From the IMG/VR virus record IMGVR_UViG_3300037264_007501, positions 7,399-71,398 of that record: 64,000 nucleotides of DNA; one strand, given 5' to 3'. The notes under the pieces were generated by a model, which saw nothing but the letters and a program-made list of their open reading frames with translations, did not search any database and was not told the origin of the DNA. A program made the translations under genes and the position numbers. Source of the stretch: a virus. This document shows, piece by piece, positions 18,715 to 28,294 of the stretch; the first letter of the stretch is position 1, and the number at the start of each line of letters is the position of its first letter.

Positions 18715-20672
18715 TGGACAAGCTACTTCTATTTCAAGGCAAGTCAGAGCGTGGGATATTCACCTACGTCATTGACCATGAGCACGCGCATCTGGTGAAG
18801 ACTGCCGCTGAGTACCACCCGGAGATATCCAACTACATCAACTCGGCCAGACGGATACCGGGGAAGACCCAGATTCTTTTGACGGCGTTGGGCGCTGGCG
18901 AGATCTGGGGCGATAACCAAAATGGCGATTTTTTCCCAGAGGCGGCTCTTGCGCATGATGGGGCTGACTACGGACATCAGACTTTCAAGCATCACGCCAA
19001 GATATACAAACACCACATTAACAAGGATCCGCTGGCTAGCTACGGAGATGTAGCTTTGTCAGTTTACAACACCAAGTACCGCCGCGTGGAGCTTATCGTC
19101 GTATTGGACAATGAAAAGGCACCAGATATCGCCCAACGCATAGACTCCGGCGATTACCCAGACTGGAGCATGGGTACTCGAGTGCCGTTCGATCTGTGTT
19201 CCAACTGCGGCAACAAGGCGCCCAACCGGATTCAGTACTGCGAATGCCTCAAGTACTACATGGGGCGTATCCATCCAGAAACAGGGAAAAAAGTTTACGC
19301 CATCAATACGATGCCCAAGTTTTTCGACATCAGCCTGGTCCTGATCGGTGCTGATCGCATTGCCAAGACTTTGAAGAAGGTGGCGTCTGCCGGCGGGCAA
19401 GTTGTCGGCTCAGCTCTTCTCGCTGAGAAGATGGCCGACGCCAACAAAGAGGCCGAGATCGAAAAAGAAGTGCCGGCGGAGACTCCTCCCGGGTCGCAGG
19501 ACCTGGTCGACTCCATTCCGGAAGTGAAGGCGCAGGAGCCGGTGTTGCCGCAGCCGCTCCTCGACGGGTTAGGCCAGCATCCTTTGTCGAAGGTATTCTC
19601 GACTATGGCAATGCTGGGCATCTTGCCCAAGCCGCAGGAGTTTCAGCGCATCGTGTTGATCTCGATCGGCAAGCGAGACATGGCCAATGACCTGGACTCC
19701 CGCAATACCTGCTTTGACCCGATGATGACGGCGGCGCCGGCCGCCGCCCATGAGAAGCTGCTGCGCATTAGCGGCGACGATTTCTCTCCTCAGATCATGG
19801 GTATGCTGTCTCCGCATGTCCCCGACCGCAGCTACGCCATACCACACTTGGTCCGTCGGGTTCTGCTGCTGTCCAAAACGGCTGCTCCGGAGACGGTGCC
19901 CACCTTCGTCAAGTGGGCAGGAGACGGCGAGCGGAAACCTTTCGGCATTATCCCAATTATGGCCCTGCTGGCTGGGATGTATGCAGTGCTGGGCAAACGC
20001 GCACCCGGTGAGGCCGTGGGCAAGATAGACGGCTTGATCGCTAAGCACCCCGGGCTGGCCATGGCATTGGCTGCCTCGGTACCAGCTATCTTCAATCAAG
20101 TTGCGGGCACGAACGTTAGAGGGCAGTATGACGCGTACGGCACTCCAGAAAACCCTGACATGAACGATCTCGGTCGTCGTATTGAGGAACGTCGTCAGCA
20201 GCCGTTTTTGAAAGTGAGCAGCATCATCGGACCCTCAGCCAAAAGATTGTTTCTTGGAGTACCTGCTGCCTATATGGCCTCCGGTCTTCTTCAGAAGCAC
20301 AGAAACGCGAACCCATACGATCAAGAGGGCCGCGTGCACAGATTTTTTCGCCAGTATCCTGACCTTGTAGGCGGAGCTGTTGCACTGGATGCCTTTCTCG
20401 CCTTGAAGGGCGGGGGCACACATGGGATTTCTAAAAGAGTGGGTCAGGCTGCCAAGGTTCTCCTTGGAAAGACGGCCGCAATCTTAGAAAAGAACGCTGT
20501 ATCCGCCGACCTGATATCTAGCGGGTTGATCTGGCCCTTGGCTTACGGGCCGGCCAATCTTTCTAGCAGGATCGCAGGAGGCGTCGCCGACCATTTGATT
20601 TTGATGGGATCTAGAAAGATTTTGTCAAAGAAAAATGAGCGGAATACAATAACAAATACCGGGAGGATTTAA
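18714..20672 (+). CDS. prohead (capsid maturation) serine protease with C-terminal polyprotein extension
   Basis: NQNGDFF, HH, WSMG (putative catalytic Ser), CSNCG...C, FFDISLVLIGAD, resembling HK97/herpes-type maturation proteases; position upstream of scaffold and capsid genes. Confidence 0.75.
   Translation: MDKLLLFQGKSERGIFTYVIDHEHAHLVKTAAEYHPEISNYINSARRIPGKTQILLTALGAGEIWGDNQNGDFFPEAALAHDGADYGHQTFKHHAKIYKHHINKDPLASYGDVALSVYNTKYRRVELIVVLDNEKAPDIAQRIDSGDYPDWSMGTRVPFDLCSNCGNKAPNRIQYCECLKYYMGRIHPETGKKVYAINTMPKFFDISLVLIGADRIAKTLKKVASAGGQVVGSALLAEKMADANKEAEIEKEVPAETPPGSQDLVDSIPEVKAQEPVLPQPLLDGLGQHPLSKVFSTMAMLGILPKPQEFQRIVLISIGKRDMANDLDSRNTCFDPMMTAAPAAAHEKLLRISGDDFSPQIMGMLSPHVPDRSYAIPHLVRRVLLLSKTAAPETVPTFVKWAGDGERKPFGIIPIMALLAGMYAVLGKRAPGEAVGKIDGLIAKHPGLAMALAASVPAIFNQVAGTNVRGQYDAYGTPENPDMNDLGRRIEERRQQPFLKVSSIIGPSAKRLFLGVPAAYMASGLLQKHRNANPYDQEGRVHRFFRQYPDLVGGAVALDAFLALKGGGTHGISKRVGQAAKVLLGKTAAILEKNAVSADLISSGLIWPLAYGPANLSSRIAGGVADHLILMGSRKILSKKNERNTITNTGRI
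20622..20650 (+). promoter_or_regulatory. sigma70-like promoter for scaffold/capsid genes
   Basis: TTGTCA-N17-TACAAT upstream of the GGGAGG RBS of 20675. Confidence 0.55.
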
Positions 20673-20674
20673 AA

Positions 20675-21292
20675 ATGCCAACGCTTCAGGATATACTGGA
20701 GAACGATCTTGGTCTTGGTTCCGACCAGCAAACCACGGAAAAAACGGCTTCTGAGAAGGACAATGCCGCCGAGACTGACGACATTGAGAAATTGGCGATG
20801 GAAATCGGGCTGGTCGAAGAACCAGATGAGACCTCGTCACAGGAAGAGACGACACTAAAAAAGGAGGCAGGAATGTCACTCGAAAACTTGTACGGAGATC
20901 TGTTTCCTGGGGACGCGGACATCGTCGGCGGCCAGCAGGGACAGGAAAAGGTGGCCGAGGAAGAGAAAACCGCGGCTGTCGAAGAGGCCATGGGGGAAGT
21001 GGCTTATGACTACTTCCAGCAGTGTGTTGATGGGCACATCACCAAGATGGCCCAGGCTGTTGCCGAGACGCTTGAGAAGGCTGGGGAGTCCCCGGCCCCT
21101 GCTCAAGCGCTCGCCAACAACGAGCACTCTGAAGACCAGGCCATCGACACGGATCCCAAGGTCGAAGATTCTGTGAAGGACACCTCGCCCGAAGGCGGCG
21201 TCGGTGACTACGAGCAGAAAAAGGGACCCATGGGCGAACTCAAACATGCCGCGGTCCGAAAGCACCTGCTTTTGGCGCAGCTCGAGAAATAA
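20675..21292 (+). CDS. acidic scaffold-like protein
   Basis: Very acidic and helical; EKTA, EKLA, EKVA, EKTA, TKMA, LKHA. Confidence 0.6.
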   Translation: MPTLQDILENDLGLGSDQQTTEKTASEKDNAAETDDIEKLAMEIGLVEEPDETSSQEETTLKKEAGMSLENLYGDLFPGDADIVGGQQGQEKVAEEEKTAAVEEAMGEVAYDYFQQCVDGHITKMAQAVAETLEKAGESPAPAQALANNEHSEDQAIDTDPKVEDSVKDTSPEGGVGDYEQKKGPMGELKHAAVRKHLLLAQLEK

Positions 21293-21302
21293 GGGGGCGA
21301 AG

Positions 21303-21932
21303 ATGAAATTTGAAGCACTCAGTAAAGAAGACCAGGCGCTCTTGAACACCAAGTTCCCCGAGGAACTTGAAAAGGAAGCGTCTGCGGAAGTCGGCCGGGC
21401 CAACGAGCTCTACGCTGTCGGCTTCGAGAAAATGGCGTCGGGCGCAGCCGACGAACTCGACAAGTCGGCCGAGGAAGAGGAAGAGGAAGAGAAGAAAGAG
21501 AAGCCGGAACTCGACGAAGACCACAAGAAGGAAGCGGCCGCTCGCGGCGCTTTCATCGCTCGTGGCTATGTCGACGGCCTGAAGAAGCTCGGACAAGAGC
21601 GCCATCAGGACGAGCTTCACTACTTCTATCCCGCTCTCGAAGAGAAGCTTGGGATGGACGCGGGCAAGCTCAAAGGCGCGTTCTCCAGCTTCGCGGCCAA
21701 AGCGAAGGACCTCGCCAGCAAAGCGAAGGCCGGCGCCGGCAAAGCGGTCGAGAAGGGCAAAGCCATGCACCAGGCCTCCATGGCGCATGTCAAGAGCGTT
21801 GGCGACAAGTCGCTCTCGAAGATGGAGCGGACCAAGCACGGCCTGAAGGCTCTCCACCATCCCGGTGTTTACGGCGCCGGTGCGGCGGCAGCGGCCGCTG
21901 GCGCTCACCGCGCTCTGAAGAAAAAGGACTAA
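21303..21932 (+). CDS. scaffold/internal head protein
   Basis: Acidic N-half with EKEA, GFEKMA, DKSA, KKEA; basic Ala/Gly-rich C-half. Confidence 0.6.
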   Translation: MKFEALSKEDQALLNTKFPEELEKEASAEVGRANELYAVGFEKMASGAADELDKSAEEEEEEEKKEKPELDEDHKKEAAARGAFIARGYVDGLKKLGQERHQDELHYFYPALEEKLGMDAGKLKGAFSSFAAKAKDLASKAKAGAGKAVEKGKAMHQASMAHVKSVGDKSLSKMERTKHGLKALHHPGVYGAGAAAAAAGAHRALKKKD

Positions 21933-21938
21933 CGGTTC

Positions 21939-21972
21939 AATGGGGCAGGGGTAACTCCCCTGCCCCATTTTT
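21939..21972 (+). terminator. Rho-independent terminator
   Basis: AATGGGGCAGGGG-taact-CCCCTGCCCCATT followed by a T tract. Confidence 0.75.
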
Positions 21973-21985
21973 CAAGGGGCTGCTT

Positions 21986-22462
21986 ATGAGTTCACTCGAC
22001 CAGCTTTTTAGAGACGCGGACGCTCTGATCAAGAAGCGAGCGGCCGCTGTCGTAACCTTGGCTCCTCAGCCAGATGACGAAGTAACGAAGCTCGCCGACC
22101 TGCTGGCCAAGGACGGAGAGGTCAAGCAGGCCGCACCAGTCGCCATCGAAGAGACGCTTTTTGAGAAGGTGGCCCATGCTATCGCCATCATTGAAACGAT
22201 GGAGAAGCTCGGCGAGATCAATAAATTGGTCGAGTTCGAGAAAAAGGCCGCGGAAGCTGGTCACACCGCGGAGCAGATCGACGCCTTCATCGAGAAGAAG
22301 GGTATGAAGCTGTCTCCGAAATACCTGAAGATTTTGGGTGGGGCGGCGGCGCTGGGGGCGTCCGGCGCAGTCGGCGCGCACGCCGGCAAGAAGAAGGGCT
22401 ACCAGTCAGCCGTAGAGGACGTGAACAAGGCCCTCGAGTCCTACGCGAGCGCCAGTGAATGA
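21986..22462 (+). CDS. KxA-rich head protein with Gly/Ala hydrophobic tail
   Basis: KKRA, TKLA, VKQA, FEKVA, FEKKA; LGGAAALGASGAVG. Confidence 0.65.
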   Translation: MSSLDQLFRDADALIKKRAAAVVTLAPQPDDEVTKLADLLAKDGEVKQAAPVAIEETLFEKVAHAIAIIETMEKLGEINKLVEFEKKAAEAGHTAEQIDAFIEKKGMKLSPKYLKILGGAAALGASGAVGAHAGKKKGYQSAVEDVNKALESYASASE

Positions 22463-22956
22463 TCAAGGAAGCCTTCTTGCAGGGGTTTTACAAGAGCGCC
22501 TCCAAGCTCTCCCGTGTCCACTCTGGTCTCAGCTCCATGGAGAAGAGGGTGCGGGCTGGGTACCGACGCAGTGGCGGATCCGCGGGGGGACTCGGAGGTT
22601 CCCTGTTTGAGATTCCAGTGTCAGCAGTGGCCAGGAAGCTGTTTGGAAAAGGCAAAGTGAACCGCGCCCTTCGTAATGTGAACCAAGCCGGGTTGAAGGC
22701 GGATACATTGGTGGGGAGAGCAGGTCATGCTGTGACCAAGCATCTGCCCAAAGGTTTTGGTAAGGATCTTTTCGTGCAGAAGGATCTGGTACCAGTCGGA
22801 AAAGGGATGCACAAGGAAGTCCGCAGGACATCGGTACTGGCGCCGGCAAACAAGGCTATGGGCATTGCGGCACCCATCGTAGTTGGGGTAGTATTAGATA
22901 AGCAAATCCGAAAAGTTAAACACAGTGGACAACAACCTGAGAAAATTAGCCGCTGA
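22459..22956 (+). CDS. basic internal protein with variant leader
   Basis: MIKEAFLQGFYKSA, similar to the FWxGFEKxA leader. Confidence 0.6.
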   Translation: MIKEAFLQGFYKSASKLSRVHSGLSSMEKRVRAGYRRSGGSAGGLGGSLFEIPVSAVARKLFGKGKVNRALRNVNQAGLKADTLVGRAGHAVTKHLPKGFGKDLFVQKDLVPVGKGMHKEVRRTSVLAPANKAMGIAAPIVVGVVLDKQIRKVKHSGQQPEKISR

Positions 22957-23236
22957 GAAAATGCTCCAACTCCATAGTGAGAACAAGGAGCATGTAAAGC
23001 GTGCCCATGCACTGCGCTTGATTTTCAAGCAGGCAGAGCTTGGCTTTGGGGACGTCCCGCGCTCATACAGGGAGCTTCAAGAAAAAGTCGCCTCTCTACT
23101 TACACAAGACCTAGTCATAGTCGAGAAAGCCCTGGAACTGACCGGTGGCAATATGAAGCTTGGCGAACTTGATCGAACTGATCTCTCCGCCAGCCCAGAC
23201 GCCACAGAGCAATTTCAGGCAGCGATCATGGAGTGA
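22925..23236 (+). CDS. head-associated helical protein
   Basis: RKLA, VKRA, FKQA, EKVA; directly upstream of the decoration and capsid genes. Confidence 0.6.
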   Translation: MDNNLRKLAAEKMLQLHSENKEHVKRAHALRLIFKQAELGFGDVPRSYRELQEKVASLLTQDLVIVEKALELTGGNMKLGELDRTDLSASPDATEQFQAAIME

Positions 23237-23275
23237 GGCTGTGCCTCACTTCAAAACTGTAACCCGGAGGATCAG

Positions 23276-23761
23276 ATGCCTGTTTCTGTATCGGATATCC
23301 GCACGGTTCCGGTTGGCGAAGACCTGACGACTGAAAGCCTGTCCTTGTCCGTGCTCCGTGGGATGGAAAAAGCCCACAGAGTCGATCACAAGTCGGCCGC
23401 AGCGTTGGCCCTCGTCGCTGGAGAGTGGGGAGTCCTTCAAACTGACGGTACCGTTGCGCGCCCTGGCGCGTCCTCGGTGCCGAATACCTTTCTGTGCTTT
23501 TGCGGCACGGATCGGTTCGACGCCCGCGCCACTGGTCAGGTTACCCTGATGCAGGGGTCGGCCCTTGTCTGCAAGACCAACAAGTACCTGTCCACCGACG
23601 TTTACGTCGCCGGCTCGTACTTGACGGTCGACGACCAGGGGTCGGGCAAGGCCGAACTCAGACTCGCCGCGAGCGGCGACTATGTGTTGGCCATGGTCGA
23701 CGAAGTCGGCGATGGGTACTTGGTGTACACCATCGTTCCTGTGCCCTTTCAACTTCCCTAA
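23276..23761 (+). CDS. putative capsid decoration/cement protein
   Basis: Beta-rich 161 aa immediately before the major capsid gene. Confidence 0.55.
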   Translation: MPVSVSDIRTVPVGEDLTTESLSLSVLRGMEKAHRVDHKSAAALALVAGEWGVLQTDGTVARPGASSVPNTFLCFCGTDRFDARATGQVTLMQGSALVCKTNKYLSTDVYVAGSYLTVDDQGSGKAELRLAASGDYVLAMVDEVGDGYLVYTIVPVPFQLP

Positions 23762-23770
23762 GGAGGAAAT

Positions 23771-24682
23771 ATGAACGAACTAGACGCAGTCACGTTCAAT
23801 AACCTCTTTATTGAGAGGTTGGACACGACCGAAGGAATCCAAAAAACCGCCGCCGCCGGAGCCGCGTTCGTGCGTTCCAAAATCCGTGAAATCGGATTTG
23901 GTCGCCGAGTGTTGCCACCGGAATCGGTAACCCGTGCCGATACCACTCGGTCCACTGATCACGACACGTTGATCAAGATCGTGGATATCGAGCACGACTC
24001 CAAGGCAATGGCTGTGAATTTCGCCGGCGAGTCCGACGAACGTTACATCCAAGGAAAACGCTACGCACTTCCCTTCTTTAAGATCGAATCTGAGAAGTTT
24101 GTGAAGAGCGAAGGCGAACTCCTGGCCTACGATTACCCCATCACGAAGGTAATCGAGGAGAACAGCATCAAGGACATCCAACGTACCGAGGACGAAAAGT
24201 TCATCGAGTACGCTGAGTCTGCGATCACCATCACGGGGAAGCGCATTGTTTCTCCGGCGACCGCTGCGGACAGAAAAGAGCTGAACTCTCTTTTCAAGAT
24301 GATCGATTTCGATCAGCTGACCGCCGCGACCGTGCTCATGAACACCGTCGACTTCGACGACTACATGGTCCAGCCGGCTACTGAAGTCGGTTCGCCATTG
24401 GCCAGCGAAATCACCGTCAACGGTTACAAGTACCCGACGATCATGAAGCGCAAGCTCGTGGTCACCAACAAGCACGATATCGTGAAACCCGGATTCGTCT
24501 GGGCCTTCACGGATCCTGCTTACTTGGGTAACTTCTTCATCCTGAACGACGTAAAGTTCTGGATCAAGAAGGAAGCGGACCTTGTGATCTGGAAGACGTG
24601 GGAGTACGTCGCCGAAGGCTTCGGAAACATCAAGTCGATCGCCAAGATCGAACTTGACGTCCCGAGCCCGATCCCGGTCTGA
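23771..24682 (+). CDS. major capsid protein (HK97-like fold inferred)
   Basis: AAGGAGG RBS, strongly biased codon usage, 303 aa, followed by a hairpin; N-terminal IQKTAAAG; IRE.GF.RR.LPP pattern. Confidence 0.75.
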   Translation: MNELDAVTFNNLFIERLDTTEGIQKTAAAGAAFVRSKIREIGFGRRVLPPESVTRADTTRSTDHDTLIKIVDIEHDSKAMAVNFAGESDERYIQGKRYALPFFKIESEKFVKSEGELLAYDYPITKVIEENSIKDIQRTEDEKFIEYAESAITITGKRIVSPATAADRKELNSLFKMIDFDQLTAATVLMNTVDFDDYMVQPATEVGSPLASEITVNGYKYPTIMKRKLVVTNKHDIVKPGFVWAFTDPAYLGNFFILNDVKFWIKKEADLVIWKTWEYVAEGFGNIKSIAKIELDVPSPIPV

Positions 24683-24694
24683 TAAGCGGATGAC

Positions 24695-24727
24695 GTCGGG
24701 GCAGGTATGAGATATACCTGCCCCGAC
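24695..24727 (+). terminator. stem-loop after capsid gene (no U tract; terminator or stabiliser)
   Basis: GTCGGGGCAGGTAT-gagat-ATACCTGCCCCGAC. Confidence 0.55.
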
Positions 24728-24749
24728 CGTCCCAAAAAGGAGAACACAC

Positions 24750-25253
24750 ATGGAAAAGTACAGGATCACGAATACCACCGTTAAGCCTCCCCGAGTTGGG
24801 CCATCTGGCAAAGACACACGCACCACCATCGAAAGAGTCGGCCACTTCGTTCAGTGGAGAGACGAGCAAGACCGGATGATATCTTTCCCGGTTGGCAGCC
24901 CCAAGTTCGTCAACAAGGTTGACGGTGGGCTGATGGGGCTCGCTCGTGGTGGTTACATCAAGATTGAAAAGATCGGTGACGTCACCGAAGTTTTGGAAGA
25001 ACACGCGTACCCGGTTCGACCCAAGGCTGCTCCGGCCAAGACAGCCAAGCGAGCGTCAGCCGTTCAGATGGGGCTCGATACACACGAAAGCAAGGGCGGG
25101 GCCGAGTACGAAGGCGCGGTCAACCCGGACGGTGACCCGAACTTCTTAGTCACGGCCGGCGCCGCCGGAAAGAGAAAGAGGAGAGCTCGCAATGGCAACG
25201 CCGCAAACACCGGAGTCCAAGCGTCGGTGGGAGAAGGCGAAGAAGTATCTTAG
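24750..25253 (+). CDS. hypothetical virion-module protein
   Basis: AGGAGA RBS. Confidence 0.6.
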   Translation: MEKYRITNTTVKPPRVGPSGKDTRTTIERVGHFVQWRDEQDRMISFPVGSPKFVNKVDGGLMGLARGGYIKIEKIGDVTEVLEEHAYPVRPKAAPAKTAKRASAVQMGLDTHESKGGAEYEGAVNPDGDPNFLVTAGAAGKRKRRARNGNAANTGVQASVGEGEEVS

Positions 25254-25671
25254 GCTTTTCCTACTAGACACGCCCGCTTTCAATCGACTGATCCGCACCG
25301 AGGAGTCTGACGACGACCTGATTTCGTTTGCCCTCGATATGGCGATCGATGACTGGAATACGACCGCGCCAGTCATAGGGAACACCCACATCGGAAACTT
25401 CCCCAGCCTCTATCTTTTGATGCACGCGGCAGCTATCCAGGTGCTGAAGAGCCAGGGACTGCGCCAGGCCCGCAACGAGCTCAATTACAACACGGGCGGG
25501 TCGAGCTTCATCAGGTCAAACAAGAGCAACTACTACATGTCGTGGCTCACTAATTTCGCGCAGGAATTTGAGGGGAAAAAAAGGAACCTCAAAGTTTTTC
25601 AGAACATTACTGGTGGCTGGGGCGGTGGAGGCGTTGCGTCAGAATATGATCGTATCGGATATTCGTGGTAA
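25192..25671 (+). CDS. putative head-tail adaptor
   Basis: Helical 159 aa after the capsid gene; LRLFLLD..N.LI...E..DD. Confidence 0.55.
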   Translation: MATPQTPESKRRWEKAKKYLRLFLLDTPAFNRLIRTEESDDDLISFALDMAIDDWNTTAPVIGNTHIGNFPSLYLLMHAAAIQVLKSQGLRQARNELNYNTGGSSFIRSNKSNYYMSWLTNFAQEFEGKKRNLKVFQNITGGWGGGGVASEYDRIGYSW

Positions 25672-26282
25672 GCCATTTGTCAAGAACTATTTGTCCAAGA
25701 TGCGAAAAAAGTAGACCACTGACCAAGACCTACTATCACCCTCGATCCGGACCAAAACTCCCGTGCTGTGTTGTGTGTGAGAAGGTTTTGCTAGAAAAGA
25801 GGGCAGTGATGAAGCGCTGTGCTGCCCGCAATCCGGAAAAAATAAAAGCACGCGCAAAGGAATACGGAAAAAGTGAAAAGTGGCGAACCTGGCACAACGA
25901 GTACAGGCGCGGTAAGAAAAAAGAGCGCGCTCTAGAAGCGAGACAATACCGAGCAAATAACCGAGAGAAAGTGCTGGCTTACAAAAGAGATTGGTACGCC
26001 AAAAACAAAGAAAGGCTGCAGCAATATAGAGCTGACTATGTCAAAAAGAACCCGTGGTTCAACAGGGCAGCGTCTGCAAGAAATCGTGCTTTAAGGATAC
26101 AACGCACCCCAGAGTGGGCCAACATGGAAGCCATAAAGAAATTTTACAAAGAGTGCCCGGTCGATAAGGTGGTTGACCACCAGATACCGCTCAGAGGAAA
26201 AATCGTCAGCGGACTACACGTACCGAACAATTTTCAATATCTCACGCCTAAAGACAACAACGTGAAAGGCAACCGCTGGTGA
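25665..26282 (+). CDS. free-standing HNH endonuclease
   Basis: CPRC...CVVC, basic repeats, VDHQIPLRGKIVSGLHVPNNFQYLTPKDNNVKGN; more AT-rich than its flanks. Confidence 0.85.
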   Translation: MVSHLSRTICPRCEKSRPLTKTYYHPRSGPKLPCCVVCEKVLLEKRAVMKRCAARNPEKIKARAKEYGKSEKWRTWHNEYRRGKKKERALEARQYRANNREKVLAYKRDWYAKNKERLQQYRADYVKKNPWFNRAASARNRALRIQRTPEWANMEAIKKFYKECPVDKVVDHQIPLRGKIVSGLHVPNNFQYLTPKDNNVKGNRW

Positions 26283-27145
26283 GCGCCTCCGCTCTAAAAA
26301 ATATCAAAGTCAGTAAGCTGCGCACAGCCGTCTTGTCTATTGAGCATATTTCCCGCGTCCTGGTGAAGTGGGACCTGGCGCCAACCGCGCAAGACCTCAG
26401 TAACCTTACGTTCGTCGTAGACCGCGGTGAGAGCCCGAGCGCCCTGGTCCCCATCAGCCACGCTATCCCGGCCACAGCACTGCGAGAGTTTGTCGACTAC
26501 ACGGCCAAGCTCAAGAACGTTGAGAAGGTCTACTACTACCGCGTCCGTGCCGTCGAAACTATCGCCGACGTACCCACGCAGACGTTTCTGTCAGAGACGC
26601 TCCCCCTCGAGGGGCGACCCGATCTGGTCGCACTCTACATTGTCGAGGAGCACCTCTTCGCCCACAGGTACGTGTACGGCTCGCCCGCGCTCATCTTCAA
26701 GCACATGATGGAGGGTACGGCTTGCAAGGACTGCTTTGACCCGGTTCTCAAGCGCGTGACCAAGAGCAACTGTACGACGTGCTATGGCACTGGTTTTCTT
26801 GGCGGGTATTATCCCTTCATGGAGTCCTGGATGGACTTCAACCCGGATCCTAAGCAGGTGCAAATAGCGGAGTGGGGAGCGCGCCAGCCCAGTCAAACTG
26901 ATATACAATTCACCAACTACCCACTACTGGCCGTAGGGGACCTCATCGTTGAGCTGAAGCAGAACCGTTATTGGAAGGTGGCCAACGTTCGTAACACGGA
27001 GAAGAACCGCACCACCATTCTTCAGGTATGCCGGCTCGACGAGGTCAACAGGTCTGACATAGAATACAAAATCGAAGTGCCTGACGAGGCTCGTCTGCGC
27101 CTGCTCAAAGAGCTGGAAGACAGAGAAGCCGTACCGGAGTTCTGA
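26279..27145 (+). CDS. putative neck/head-closure protein
   Basis: Fn3-like YYYRVRAV N-domain; CKDC...CTTCYGTGFLGGY; GDLIVE...RYWKV. Confidence 0.55.
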   Translation: MSASALKNIKVSKLRTAVLSIEHISRVLVKWDLAPTAQDLSNLTFVVDRGESPSALVPISHAIPATALREFVDYTAKLKNVEKVYYYRVRAVETIADVPTQTFLSETLPLEGRPDLVALYIVEEHLFAHRYVYGSPALIFKHMMEGTACKDCFDPVLKRVTKSNCTTCYGTGFLGGYYPFMESWMDFNPDPKQVQIAEWGARQPSQTDIQFTNYPLLAVGDLIVELKQNRYWKVANVRNTEKNRTTILQVCRLDEVNRSDIEYKIEVPDEARLRLLKELEDREAVPEF

Positions 27146-27510
27146 TGCACAAACGCGCCGAGCCATCTTTGACTGCTGAACTTGAACCGGTCCAAGAGAC
27201 CGCCCAGGGAGACACCTACGTTGGCAAAGTCAGCGACGGGTACTTCTGGGGCGGCTTCCGTAAGAAGGCGGCGTACCGGGTAGCTCTCGGTGAGAAGGCG
27301 ATGTCGCACACCACTGGTGGGAGCCTCAAGGGGCTGAGCCCTAAGACGGGTGTGGCGACGGCCGCCGCCTTCAAACCCAATCCTTTGCCTACACCTAAGC
27401 CGATGGCTGCGGATAAAACGCTGGCCCCTGCGCCCACACTGGGAGGGCTTGGCAAAGCTCCGCGCCAGCCACGGCAGGGCGGAATGGGCGTTGCAAAAAT
27501 GGTAGTATGA
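27145..27510 (+). CDS. leader-bearing low-complexity protein
   Basis: Internal FWGGFRKKA, then a Pro/Gly/Ala-rich tail. Confidence 0.55.
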   Translation: MHKRAEPSLTAELEPVQETAQGDTYVGKVSDGYFWGGFRKKAAYRVALGEKAMSHTTGGSLKGLSPKTGVATAAAFKPNPLPTPKPMAADKTLAPAPTLGGLGKAPRQPRQGGMGVAKMVV

Positions 27511-27643
27511 AGAAGCCAGTGCAGATCAAGCTACCGGGGCAACAGCGCTTCAAGACCATCAAGGAGGCGTTCCGCCATATCACGGAAACTTTGGATAGGC
27601 TGCATGTCCAAACCCATGATAATCTCAAGAGAAAGGGTCGGCA

Positions 27644-28285
27644 TTGATAGTCGAGAAAGCCACTGGGACTGGCGCCCTTCGAAAGAGAAGCATTGCGGAC
27701 TCCCTTGAGATCCCCAATGTCGCTATCTTTCTAAAGCGCACCACGATAGAATTTCTACAGATTCTATTTTCCCAACGAGCCCCCGGCAGCTATCATTACT
27801 CCCCGGAAGACACACAGACTGAGATCCAGATATCTGATCAACACACGGTTAACTTAGAAGCAATCCACGTCCGTCCCGCTATTGTGGGTGTGCGTGGACC
27901 ACTCAGCTGGCACGGGCTTGGGCTTGGTGGAAACGCTTTCGAGCAGCAGAGCCGCACAACGGGGAACACAACGTTTAGCGATTTACTGACCGGTTCAGTG
28001 GCTTTTTCATGTTTGAGTCGTGAAGGAACAGAGGCAGAGCAGTTGGCACACCTGGTGTTCAACAGCTTTAAGTTTTTCAGGCCCGTTCTTCAGAAGTATG
28101 GTTTTTTTACCATCAAAAGCCTCAATATCGGCGGTGAATCGTTAGTGGTGCAAGAAGGAGATAATGACGATCTCTACATCGTTCCGGTGTTCGTCACAGC
28201 ACAGATCCAAGACAGGTGGACACTGAAAGACGACGCCGGCAGACGATTGGAGAAAATCATCATCGAGATACTAACGAATCCTTAA
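27644..28285 (+). CDS. putative tail terminator/completion protein
   Basis: Immediately upstream of the sheath; RPAI..RG, CLSREGTEAEQLA. Confidence 0.5.
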   Translation: MIVEKATGTGALRKRSIADSLEIPNVAIFLKRTTIEFLQILFSQRAPGSYHYSPEDTQTEIQISDQHTVNLEAIHVRPAIVGVRGPLSWHGLGLGGNAFEQQSRTTGNTTFSDLLTGSVAFSCLSREGTEAEQLAHLVFNSFKFFRPVLQKYGFFTIKSLNIGGESLVVQEGDNDDLYIVPVFVTAQIQDRWTLKDDAGRRLEKIIIEILTNP

Positions 28286-28294
28286 GGAGAGACT

